A DNA stretch of 64,000 nucleotides, taken from positions 12,760 to 76,759 of the forward strand of contig JAUCBJ010001051.1 of the NCBI GenBank assembly GCA_032718475.1. Direction: 5' to 3'. A program made the position numbers and the translations under genes. The stretch comes from Nemertoderma westbladi. Its lineage: Eukaryota; Animalia; Xenacoelomorpha. Shown here piece after piece: positions 1-10,494 of this stretch (position 1 is its first letter; each line of letters opens with the position of its first letter). Below the pieces are notes generated by a model. The model was given only the letters and a program-made list of their open reading frames with translations, was not told where the DNA came from and ran no database searches.

Positions 1-277
1 ATGCTGAGACTCACTTACTTCATGGCTCGCTCTCATAGAATAGATTAACTAGTAGAGAAAAATGAAAAATAACCGGTTAAACATCTTATATTTTTTAAAC
101 AATATGGGGAAACAAGAATAAATAATTTACCGACAACATCAATATTAAATAATATAACAACAACGGATAAATAATTTACCAACAACATTAATAATAAATA
201 ATATAAGAACATCAACAATAACAAAAGATATAATCAGAACAGTTTTTAATAAATAGAGACTGTTTATATTAATAGGG

Positions 278-1952
278 TTACTGGCCTCCGAGAATAACTG
301 GTTTAACCCTTTTAGGGTCCGATACTATTAATGGTTGCGATAATTTTCTCTTTAATAGATTGTTGAGATAGCCTTTTCTTGGGGGGTGAAATAGATTAAG
401 GTGTGTTTGCTGCGGGAGAAAGATGCCTTCTCTGAGAGAACGTTTTAGTAATTCGAAAAGGCGCGCGATGGTAAAGTCGTTGGATAGGGTGATAGTGTTG
501 GTATTTTTCGTATTGGTGAATATAATTTCTGCTGGTTTGTTCTCGATATGAATGTAAGGACTGAGATAGTAGTGAGAGTTGGGTGGGTTGGTTATATTTA
601 TCGCGAGAAAATCGCTGCCCCTAATATTGAGACCGTTGGTGAACTGAAAAGTGGTATTCTCTTCGTCTTTCATTAAAATGGGCCAGATACCAACATATTT
701 TTCGGATTTGAACTTATAGATAAAGGCTGCGATACTGCTATTTATGAGATAGCGCTGGTGATTGGGGATTGTAATCTGCTTCGGTTTGAAAGCAAATTGT
801 ATAGCCATAGCCTTGAATCTGATTAGAGCCTCGCGCGCTTGAATCGTGTTAGCTATAGTAAAGGATTCGTTAAATTTTCTCTCGGTTATCTGTAAATCAA
901 TTTCTGAATCACTGATACAACTTTGTAACGATATTCGCTCGGAAATGTTGTCTTTGTATACGTTAAGTTCATCGTAGCAGACACATTCACTATCCTCGAC
1001 GGTTGAATCGAACCATTTCAATTCGCCGACCTCGCTTGGTGTAAGAAGAATCATGCCCCTAGAAGAAACAATAGCCTTTCCATCGTCAACCTCGTAGCCA
1101 TTGGTGATCGCTAAATTGCGCTCGTTCCGAATATTTGTAACAAACCCAAAAGTGCAATAGTCAAAAGCAACCCAATTACCCGGTTTTAGGACAAGGTGAG
1201 TAGTAGGATTAATAAAAGGGCGACAGATGTTTACATATTGTTGAAATAAATTGGCGCAGGCGATGGAAAATGTGATCCATGAACTGTTTACCGTGTCTTC
1301 CAGCTTTATTAACTCGAGTGGTTTCACTGGGTTAATACTTCCATAGGTGCCAACTCTATAATTGAATCCAAAGTAATAGGAGACTTTATTGGCGAAAAAG
1401 CATGTGAGCTCATTCAATTTCTCGCCGAAAGCGAGAACATCCTTGTCGAAAAGTTTAAAGAAACGAGTCTCCTCTTCCTCGGTCGGAGTCGACGAGTTCC
1501 AGATGAGAAGAAGAATCGAGTTTGCGATACTATGAAAATCAAATAAGCGATCATCGGAGAAGAAGGAGGTTACGAGAGTGGTTAAACCCAGTAGACGATT
1601 TGCCACATCTTGGTTGATGTTTTCTCGAATAAAACGTCTCGGGCGAAGTAGTTAGATTGAACGTGATTTTGTTGTCCCTTTTTAAAAGTTTGAAACCGTG
1701 GTTGGAGGAATGAAATTTATTATCGTCGAGGGTTTGATATTGTCCATCGTGAAGTTCGTAGCAGGCGCGGAAAATAAAGTGCGCGTAGTTTGCCGGAATC
1801 GGGATGGGTTGGTTTAAGGTTGTATTTATCGTTAACGGGAAGAGTTTGTTCGCCGGATCGAAATATAGACCAAACGAGTTGTCTTGTAGCATAAACTGAT
1901 TTTCGTTGCAAACCAGATCGTTGCTTGAATAGCTGATTTCTGAATGTGCCAT
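278..1952 (-). pseudogene. Orphan intronless gene of ~557 codons, split by an apparent 1-nt frameshift near 1631-1634; C-terminal NLS-like basic motif
   Basis: ORFs 1551-1952 (133 aa) and 278-1606 (442 aa) join if one T is removed from the TTTT run (...TTSPETF|IRENINQDVANRLL...). The protein ends KRKLSQPLIVSDPKRVK. A promoter lies upstream, and ATTAAA plus a GT-rich tract lie downstream on the minus strand. No domain recognised. Confidence 0.6.
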
Positions 1953-2069
1953 CGTGATTGTGTACCGGTAACTCGTTTAGGAAATAAAAATAAATAAATA
2001 CTTTTACGAAAATAATTAGAACTTTTCAGGAAAACAAAGAGACAATGATTGGGAATGTGGTGAACGGGG

Positions 2070-2170
2070 GCTATTATAGAGGGGGCTAGAATGGGTTAGC
2101 CAATCAGGGAACAGGAGGGAGAAAAGACTGTATAATTAAACCAATCAGAGAGCAGCTTTGATGACGTCAC
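2070..2170 (-). promoter_or_regulatory. Compact Pol II promoter: TATA-like box, two CCAAT boxes and a CRE
   Basis: CTATAATAG on the minus strand at ~2071-2079, CCAATCAG at ~2100 and ~2141, and TGACGTCA at 2162-2169. These lie 120-220 bp upstream of the ATG at 1952. Confidence 0.55.
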
Positions 2171-2379
2171 ATCAGGCGAGATAATGATTGCCCAATGTTA
2201 TTCAATGGTAGACAGAGTGGCGCCATTGAATAACGAAGACAAAGGGGCCGCGAGAGGAAAGATTATAAAGTTAACGATAAGGGATCTATAAACCATAGAG
2301 CTAAAAATAGACATTATGTCATAGTGATCTCATTGGTAATATAAAAACTAATTAATCTAAAAATAGAAATCAATGTATA

Positions 2380-3050
2380 AAGTAAAAGTAATACAATTAA
2401 TTAATTTAAAATAAAGTACAAATGAATAAATAAAGTCAAATAGAATACAAATAATTAATTAAAATTAGGTACAAATAAATAGTTAAATTGAAAATAACAA
2501 AGTTAGAGAAGATGTTAATTTTCAGGTAATACGCCCTCTAGCGGCAGACTATGGAACTGCAGGCGGTTGGATATAGATAAGAGTAATTAGTTACCAGTAA
2601 GGGAGCTGTATACCCATAAAGTACAAATGAATAATTAATTTAGAATTAAATACGAATAAAATAAAATGCAAATAATTAATTAAAATTAAATATAAATAAA
2701 TAGATATTAATGAATAAAAGAGCTGCGGTGTCACTTATGACACCCTCTTGAGCCGGCTCTGTGACACTTGGACCTAACTGATGACCCATTGTGTGTCAGG
2801 GCGCTAATCAGTCTGATTAATTAGGATAATCAATTAAACCCTAATTAGGAGTCATATGACACCTGTTAGGGTTTAATTGTACTAATTAATTGATGACACC
2901 TGTCAATTAGGGTCTAATTAGCCTAATTGGGAGGTGTCACCCAGACAGTCTGGCGCCAATGACACCCAATGACACCCATAGGGTGATAATTGGGTGTCAT
3001 ATGACACCCAATGGGTGTCAGTTAGGTCCAAGTGTCACAGAGCCGGCCAA
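2380..3050 (-). mobile_element. Copy of an unclassified repeat: ~300-bp multi-palindromic TGACACC-rich end, AT-rich spacer and CTCF module
   Basis: Homologous in reverse complement to 62125-62860. Outer stem GCCGGCTCTGTGACACTTGGACCTAACTGA at ~2752 pairs with its inverse ending at ~3047, and there are nested internal palindromes. Confidence 0.7.
2532..2561 (-). promoter_or_regulatory. CTCF-like site, core plus upstream module
   Basis: The minus strand reads TGCAGTTCC-ATAGTCTG-CCGCTAGAGGGCG, matching the CTCF core CC(A/G)SYAGRKGGC preceded by the TGCAG-type upstream motif. Confidence 0.65.
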
Positions 3051-3062
3051 GACCCTACTACT

Positions 3063-4128
3063 ATAAGCGTTTTAAAAAAGTGTCTTTTGTGAAATCGCAC
3101 CCTCTGTATCATTGCCATTCTTCACTTTAGTCGTAATTTTTCACATCAATAGAAAGCTTGCGTTGCAAGGATTCCAAATATGTAGCAATGGCTGAATTTC
3201 ATTGAGTAACAGCTGAGAAATAGGCGTTCAAAGATTGCAAGAATTATTGTTCTCTGAAGGCCATTTATTCTATTTAATAAATACACAATATCTAGAACGT
3301 GTTATTTATTTTATGAGTTGGTTGGCAACAGCGGTATGAATATTCAATATCTATATTATTATTATTATTATTTCAATCCGGTATAAGGCCCCGGTGGCTT
3401 TAATTAGTTAAAGGGTCGGACGACATACTAATGATTTCACTTGCACATAAAGATAAGAATCATTGAAAACTGAATCACAAGTGGCGTATGGTATAAGAAG
3501 GTAAGACAAGACAAACAATGTTCAAATATCTAGAATCTCCTGAATAAGTGGCCTTCGGATATTAAACTTTACTCCATTTTTCCATAGATAATTTTTAAAT
3601 GCAGTATTTTATAACTCTCTCGGGGTGTTAGGGTGATGCAGGTGCTTTTAAGTTTACTAAGACAAGACTTTATGGCGTATTTATGAACTGCAAGAGATGT
3701 AAGACTCGGGATGTTGGATTCCCATCATGAAGATGTTATAGGTTGAGTATAATTTAACATCACCCTGGCCAGTAATGTTCACTCCAAGTAGATAATAGAA
3801 CAGATACATTACTTTTTTATTGCCGCAATTGAATGTATTATATATAGTGCGACATTGGTATTGCGTAGCTAATCATACATAAACAAATTGTTCCAGAATA
3901 TTGCGTATTTATTAAATAGAATAAATGGCTTGCAGCGAACAATAATTCTTGCAATCTTTGAACGCCTATATCTCAGCTGTTTCTCAACGAAATTCAGACA
4001 TTGTTACATATTTGGAATCCTTTCAACGCAAGCTTTCTATTGATGTGAAAAAATTACGACTAAAGTGAAGAATGGCAATGATACAGAGGGTGCGATTTCG
4101 CAAAAGACACTTTTTTAAAACGCTTATA
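3063..4128. mobile_element. Long inverted-repeat (foldback/MITE-like) non-autonomous element
   Basis: ~250-bp arms at 3063-~3310 and ~3890-4128 are near-perfect reverse complements (TATAAGCGTTTTAAAAAAGTGTC.../...GACACTTTTTTAAAACGCTTATA). Confidence 0.7.
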
Positions 4129-5205
4129 AATAAAATTTAAGGCAAAATCGAAAATTCCGGCTTCATGGTAACAACCACGGTGAGTTGAACTAGTTGTGTT
4201 TCAAATTTCAAGCAATATGATAAAGATTTGTAAAAAAAATTTGGGGGGGGGGGGGGGGCGGGGGTCCGTCATCAGAAAATGACACTATATTACGGGTCAT
4301 GGTGTATATAGATTTTATATACTTTGTGATTATTACTTTATTTAGGTTGGTGTATCTACAGTACCGTGTACCTAGGCCCCTCACTATGTACCGTGTTACA
4401 TTATTTTGTATAATTCCTGATTTCAGTATTTACACAGTCTGCACAACATTCAATTATGTAGTATTGTGGCAATGCGAGAATTGCCACTTTAAGCAATATT
4501 TAATTTCCGAGTGCTATATCGCTAGTCCATAATCTGATAATCATGGTATACAGCTTGCAGTAATGTACAGCAGTACAGAGATATAGATAGCATTACGATA
4601 AAAACCTAATCATCTAAGTCGTGCAGTCTGACAGCGGTACCCGAAAGTGAAAGTAAATTAACGCAGAGCCACCTAGCAGGTATTCCGAGTATGCTTTCTA
4701 GCGTCCGCCATAGTATTTTCTATTATTATTGCCATTGATATTTGTGTAATATCGAAACGTTTGGATAATTAATAAAATTCTTAATAAATGATATTGACGT
4801 TATTTTGTTGAAATTTGGCTTAATCAGAATATCTTCGGAAGAAATTCTTCTAAAAATGCTTAACGAGACGTTTTGGTTGGACCTTTGCTTGCTTGCTTAG
4901 TTCTAAAATGGCTGCAATCTATTTTACGCGAGAAATGTTCAGACAAACAGGATGCAGGGTCGTCTGAACTTATATTCCCGATAAATTTATATTAATGGCA
5001 AAAATTCACTTTTGCCATTCGGAGCCATTTTGGGGCCAATTTAAAAAATGTTTGGTTTAGCTATTCTTAAACAGCCCAGACGATTTTTAGTAGGACAACA
5101 AATATTTTCACCCAATTTTAGGGTCCAGAGACTTCAAAAAATGATCTTCCATTTGGGGTGCTACCCCCCCCCCCCCCCCTAACTTGTTATCACCTAACTT
5201 TGCAG

Positions 5206-5368
5206 ATAACAGCATGAATTCCACACTGAGTGATTCAATGGACGACAGTTCACGGGGATCTCTAGAACTTATGCCATCTAACGAGCCTAAATCACATCGT
5301 AAATCATCCGCCAAACAACCCGTCCCACCGCCAGAGGGCTACGTCTGCGAGTGGCTAAACTGTAACAA
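5206..5368 (+). CDS. ARID2: ARID2/BAF200-like PBAF subunit, first visible coding exon (start of C2H2 finger 1)
   Basis: ttgcAG acceptor at 5204-5205 and GT donor at 5369. Encodes ...PPPEGYVCEWLNCN(K), and its phase matches the exon at 9036. Confidence 0.75.
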
Positions 5369-5719
5369 GTCAGTTAATATTTAACATAAATCATTTAAAA
5401 GTTCTAAAGTGGAGGAACCTTCAGACTACACATACACTACGGACAGGGCGTACATTTATTTTTATGAAATCTGTTAGCTGCTAATTTTTATTGTGCGATA
5501 AAAGACATGTTAATTTTACTTGAAATTGTAAATATCCATTATACATACATATTGTGTAATGCAGTACCGCTTGGGGGCGCCTCTCCGCCAAGTAAAACCT
5601 TTCAAGTTCGCGAACTGACTCAATTCATCGAGAGACTGCGTGGATGATTTCTGAGTCAAAATAAATTGGGTAAAATAAATAGTAACGATGGGTAATAATC
5701 CTTTGGTCCTTTACATCTA

Positions 5720-6065
5720 ACACGTTCGTGGGGCCTTCGCGCAGCACGAGCCTGACTACCTAGTACACTACGTGTTTGATGCGTCGTCCATCAGTTTGGT
5801 TGAATTTCATCAATGATTGACTGACTTATTTCGGTTTTTATCAAAAGTCTGATACTAAATACCGGTACCGACTGACAGATTGTCGGAATTTGACCAAACT
5901 TGAAGAGTATTTGTAAACTTTTAACGGACTACATACGTACCAAGTTTGGTTTAATTTCATCAAGGAATTACCGAGTTAATGGCGATCAAAAATTAGACGA
6001 CGACAGACGACTCGTTTATGGTACCCATATGCTAAGGCTTCACTCACTTCGTGGTTCGCCCCACC
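5720..6065 (+). mobile_element. Short non-autonomous repeat, probably Helitron/Helentron-like
   Basis: Its 5' motif ACACGTTCGTGGGGCC.TCGCGCAG.ACGAG recurs at ~59313 and ~61317. Its 3' motif (CTCACTTCGTGG.TCGCCCCAC-like) recurs at 1-33 and ~44165-44193. Confidence 0.45.
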
Positions 6066-6512
6066 ACGGACGGACATATTGTTAGAGTTGTATTTAACGA
6101 AAAGTAGCTCTGTTTTTATTGTATCCATCAATTTTATTTCAACTATATCAATAGCACAGCTAGTAAAATATAGAGATACATTATTATAGACATAGTGGAA
6201 TATTCTAATACAATCTAGTAAATATCCAAAACAAAAGAATTCTGATTATATATAATATGTAACTAATTCAATCGGTTTGGTTTGTCCGTTAATACGTCCG
6301 TTTATTCGTTCATGCGTGTTCGTCTGTCCGTCATTAGGTTTATCGGATGGTTTGTCAGTCTTTGGGCTCTCCTGTCTGTCTGGCAGTCTCTGGTCAGGTC
6401 GGTCTGTTTGTCCTGTACAGATTTCTTTCCTGGACAGTCTATTGGCTCTAATGATTGACAAGTACCTCTTTATGTACCAAAATGAGTTAATTATTATTTG
6501 CAATAGAGTTTA

Positions 6513-7061
6513 TTATAGATCGCCAATCCCCCCCCCCCCCCCCCCAACGTCCCCCATCCCTCCCATCCCGTTTATCCCTGGCCTCGGTCCACTACAGATC
6601 TCCCATCCCCCCAACGTCCCCCATCCCGTTTATCCCTGGCCTCGGTCCACTACAGATCTCCCATCCCCCCAAGGTCCCCCATCCCTCCAACGTCTCCCAT
6701 CCCCCCAAGTCCCCCATCCCGTTTATCCCTGGCCTCGGTCCACTACAGATCTCCCATCCCCCCAAGGTCTCCCATCCCCCCAACGTCTCCCATCTCACCA
6801 TCCCGTTTATCCCTGGCCTCGGTCCACTACAGATCTCCCATCCCCCCAAGGTCCCCCATCCCTCCCATCCCCCCAAGGTCCCCCATCCCTCCAACGTCTC
6901 CCATCCCACCATCCCGTTTATCCCTGGCCTCGGTCCACTACAGATCTCCCATCCCCCCAAGGTCCCCCATCCCTCCAACGTCTCCCATCCCACCATCCCG
7001 TTTATCCCTGGCCTCGGTCCACTACAGATCTCCCACCCCCCTTATTCCTGGCCTCGGTCCA
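6513..7061 (-). repeat. Tandem array of 7 extra copies of the CACYBP C-terminal codons plus stop
   Basis: TGGACCGAGGCCAGG...GGGATGGGAGATCTGTAG units (WTEARDKRDGGMGD...GDL*) of variable length. The last unit ends GGGATTGGCGATCTATAA, overlapping AATAAA. Confidence 0.9.
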
Positions 7062-7293
7062 CTACAGATCTCCCATCCCCCCAAGGTCCCCCATCCCCCC
7101 AACGTCTCCCATCCCACCATCCCGTTTATCCCTGGCCTCGGTCCACGCCTTCGCTATTGTTCTCTTCATCTCATCGTCCCCCTCGTCGTACATGTTCTTC
7201 ATTAAGTTCATTATCCCGGCAGACGGATCATCCTTATCCGAAGGTTTTACTTCCGGTTTCGGTTTGGTCGGTTTCTTCTGTAAACCGTCCCAT
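7062..7293 (-). CDS. CACYBP: Calcyclin-binding protein, exon 2 (SGS domain)
   Basis: tttAG acceptor at 7295-7294. Encodes WDGLQKK...DPSAGIMNLMKNMYDEGDDEMKRTIAKAWTEAR, the CACYBP SGS signature. Confidence 0.93.
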
Positions 7294-7797
7294 CTAAATA
7301 AAACAGAAATAATATATATGTAGTTTTCAACAAGACAAAGATTAATAATTAGTCCCACTATAAGTGTTAGAAGATTGGACTGTTGGGACACTGTCCCAGT
7401 CTTACAACAATATATTGTTGCTAGAATCCGCACCCCACGTTGATACAGTTTTGTTGCGCACGAAGTTACAGACATTGGCTGTTTGGAGAAAGAATATCTG
7501 TAAGCTAAGCTAAACGACCCTGTTAGAGCTGCGCAGAGTAGTTGATGAATAAAAGGTAGTCAGTCAGTCGACAATCATTGGATTCGATTAGTAGACATAC
7601 TGACATACGTTGTCTGTCAGACTACCGTACAAGCTACAACAGAATAACACACGGTTGACTCAGATTTTAGTGACAAAAAAAAACTTAAATTAGGTACCAA
7701 AATCAGGCATCTGTTACGGTAGGCCTACCTTATTAAACGAGTTACCGGTAGGAAAAATCAGGCAGTGCTATAAAACTATTAAAAACAATGGACTAAC

Positions 7798-8276
7798 TTT
7801 CCGGAAGAGGATTTAGTTAGTGTGACAACGATCATATCCGTTTTAATCCGGTAACTCGATTTCTCCGGGAGGATTTTTCCACTGAGGTCGGCCACATACA
7901 GACTGTATAGCCGGTTGCCAAGACTGCCGACTAGCAGGTCTACCGCGGTGGCTGAGTAGGCGCACTGTATGGCGGCCGGGTCAGCTTTGTGGACGTTATC
8001 CAAGGTGACGTAGAGTTTCACGGATTTATCGTTCTGGTCCCACCCGTATTGGGTTATCTTTGTGGTTTCCGAGGGCGAGTAATCCAGACGTCTGGGTTTC
8101 GCGTCGCCGTTGGTTGTCGACGCGGTTTCTCTTCTCTCGACCCCAGCCGATTCCAGAACAGTTCGCAGAGACTCTATCTCTCTGCTGAGTAGCGAAGACA
8201 CCCGCGGCCGTTTCGCTTGGCCTAGGAGTGTTTCTAATTCTGTTATGTCTCGTTGTATCTCATTTATTGAAGCCAT
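7798..8276 (-). CDS. CACYBP: Calcyclin-binding protein, exon 1 (N-terminal Siah-interacting helices and CS domain)
   Basis: MASINEIQRDITELETLLGQAKRPRV...KITQYGWDQNDKSVKLYVTL..., with a GTTAGT donor at 7797. The spliced CDS is 711 nt (236 aa). Confidence 0.93.
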
Positions 8277-9035
8277 TCCAGCATTTGATTTTGTTTGGTA
8301 GCTTTTCTGTAGCTTTGATTAAAATACAGAAATAGGCTATTAAACCTGTAAACTGCGGTAATGGTAATGGTAAATTAATAAACTCTCTGATTATTGCGTA
8401 TGATGGTACCGGTGCCTGGCCTAACCTACCGTACTGCGGTATTTGCTCTAGCTACCGTACTGCTCTAGCTGTTTACGCTATTGACTATTAATTCAACTAT
8501 CTGTTAGTTGTCTGGTGTAGTGTTCCTTTAAACATACTTGGCTTTATATGTGGACAAACACAACTAAACTACACTGTATGAATTAGGATTGGCCGACCGT
8601 AGAATAGAATTCTTACGAATTTAATAGATTCACATTTTATGTTCATTCACAACTCCTTGAATCCGATTGGTCATTGGCCTATTAATTAATATGCGGGGGA
8701 AATTTAAATTTTCGTTGTGCATTTTTCACTGCGGTTTTTGTCTATAGATTTTTTTAAAGGGACGGTTTCAAAAAAACAATTTATTCAAAAACGGAAATCA
8801 TATCTTGTGTTGTAGGTTTATACAGACAGAGTATTCTACGGTAACTTTTGCAGTTTAATGCGGTCTATTATTTTACTTAATACACCTTGTATGTAGTATA
8901 TATTAACTATTTTTATTTGTCTTTTTTTTTAACTTTATTTTTTAGATAATACGTACGTAACGTGTCTGCGCATAATATATGTGGCTATTTTACGATGAGT
9001 GGAGTGTTATCGTTTTTTCTTCTCATTTTATTTAG

Positions 9036-9165
9036 GGTTTTCTCTAAACAGAAACAAGTTGTTAGTCATGCGGTGTCGGTACACTGTTCCCGAATGGGTA
9101 GTTGTTTGTGGGCTGGTTGTCAACGGTTACAGCGAATGAAGCTTTCATTAGTCACCCACGTTATG
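9036..9165 (+). CDS. ARID2: ARID2-like exon (C2H2 fingers 1-2)
   Basis: tttAG acceptor and GTAAG donor. Encodes VFSKQKQVVSHAVSVHCSRMGSCLWAGCQRLQRMKLSLVTHVM, which resembles the ARID2 tandem zinc fingers (CLWxGC...SxxTHxxxxH). Confidence 0.85.
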
Positions 9166-9395
9166 GTAAGTATACATGTAACCGGTACGTTTTATTAAAT
9201 TTTCACTCATTATAATTAATTTATTTTATAGGATCTAACCACCACCAAGCCAGGGTTCACTGGAGCCCGTATAATAATAATCTATCAGTGAGTCAGAATT
9301 GTTTTTTTGCTTTCATTCTTTAGCTACAAGCTTTGATACAAGGTATCTCCGGTGAAATTGGTCTTTTCAAATAAACACTGTTTATCGCCCTGTAG

Positions 9396-9688
9396 GAGCG
9401 GCATTGCACGGCTTCCCGACTGGAGGAGGACCGCACACTCAGACTGTCTGGCCAGCTGGCCTACCCCAACCCCCAATCCGTAGTCACGACGACCAGTACA
9501 GAGTCGGAACCCCTCGGTAAACCGGTCTACTCGATGCCGGCCGCGATCTATGCAGTACGACGGTGCGGGTGGGTGGAACCCGGCAAGGCGAACCCCTTCG
9601 ATCGGGAGGGACCAGTCACTAAGAGCATCCGGTTGACTGCCGCCCTCGTACTCAGGAATATATGCAGAAATTCAGCCACAGCAAGAAG
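9396..9688 (+). CDS. ARID2: ARID2-like exon (C-terminal conserved region)
   Basis: Encodes ERHC...EGPVTKSIRLTAALVLRNICRNSATAR, close to the ARID2 C-terminal motif EGPITKHIRLTAALILKNI. Canonical AG/GT boundaries. Confidence 0.9.
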
Positions 9689-9734
9689 GTAATTATTCTT
9701 TATTTACATTTATTTAAGAGTTTATTTTATTAAT

Positions 9735-10376
9735 AGTATCGCCATTACTATTTGTAATTGTGCGGGATTACGCAATGAGGACGGCCACAAAGGGTGACGA
9801 TCTGGGATTCACACTTCAAGAACGCAGAAGTAGTAGATATCCGGCAACTACAGTCACAGACACCGACTTTACGGATGACATCGCCCTGCTCTCTAATTAT
9901 ATCTAGCAGATGCACAGCTTCTACTGAATAAAGTGGAGAGGGCTGCTAAGGAGGTTGGATTGCATATAAATACTACCAAGACCGAATTCATAACCTTTAA
10001 TGTTGATGGAAACTTGACAATCATTGATAATAATCAACTAAGGAAGGTCGATGACTTCCAGTACCTTGGATCATGGATAGAGAGTAGCAAAAAGGACATC
10101 GAAGTTAGGAAAGCAAAGGCTTGGGTAGCTCTATCAAAAATGGATACCATCTGGAAATCAGATCTCTCCAGGCACCTAAAGACTAAGTTCTTTCGAGCCA
10201 CAGTGGAAAGTGTATTTTTATACGGGGGTGAGACCTGGACACTGACTAAATCACTTGAACAACGAATTGATGGTTGCTACACAAGACTACATACTAAGGG
10301 CAGCCCTAAACATCAGCTGGAGACAACACATGACAAACGCCGAACTTTATGGTACAATACCACCTCATCAACCATG
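9735..10376 (+). mobile_element. Degraded RTE-clade LINE RT fragment in an ARID2 intron
   Basis: SPLLFVIV..DY, DTDFTDDIALL, VDDFQYLGSWI, FFRATVESVFLYGGETWTL; contains stops and frameshifts. Confidence 0.8.
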
Positions 10377-10494
10377 TAGCCCGGACAATTCGGTCCCATT
10401 TATTTAGTGTTTTGGGACCGAATTGTACGGGACCGAATTGTCCGGGACCGAATTGTCCGGACCGAATTGTCCGGGACCGAATTGTCCTACATCC
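10376..10494. repeat. Foldback/MITE remnant with 15-bp GGGACCGAATTGTCC repeats in inverted arrangement
   Basis: GGACAATTCGGTCCC on the left faces about five copies of GGGACCGAATTGTCC; same design as 16281-16564. Confidence 0.65.

Noticed and set aside
1676-1690. T-TTA-AAA slippery site as a programmed -1 frameshift in the orphan gene
   Set aside because: The -1 frame closes after about 34 codons; the long downstream ORF is in the +1 frame.
2738-3050. Parvovirus-type flip/flop hairpin isomers
   Set aside because: All four copies have the same internal orientation relative to the flank, and no Rep/NS1 or capsid ORF is recognisable.
6277-7323. 348-aa proline-rich ORF (+) and 134-aa Gly/Trp ORF (-)
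   Set aside because: By-products of the CACYBP 3' tandem array and antisense to CACYBP exon 2.
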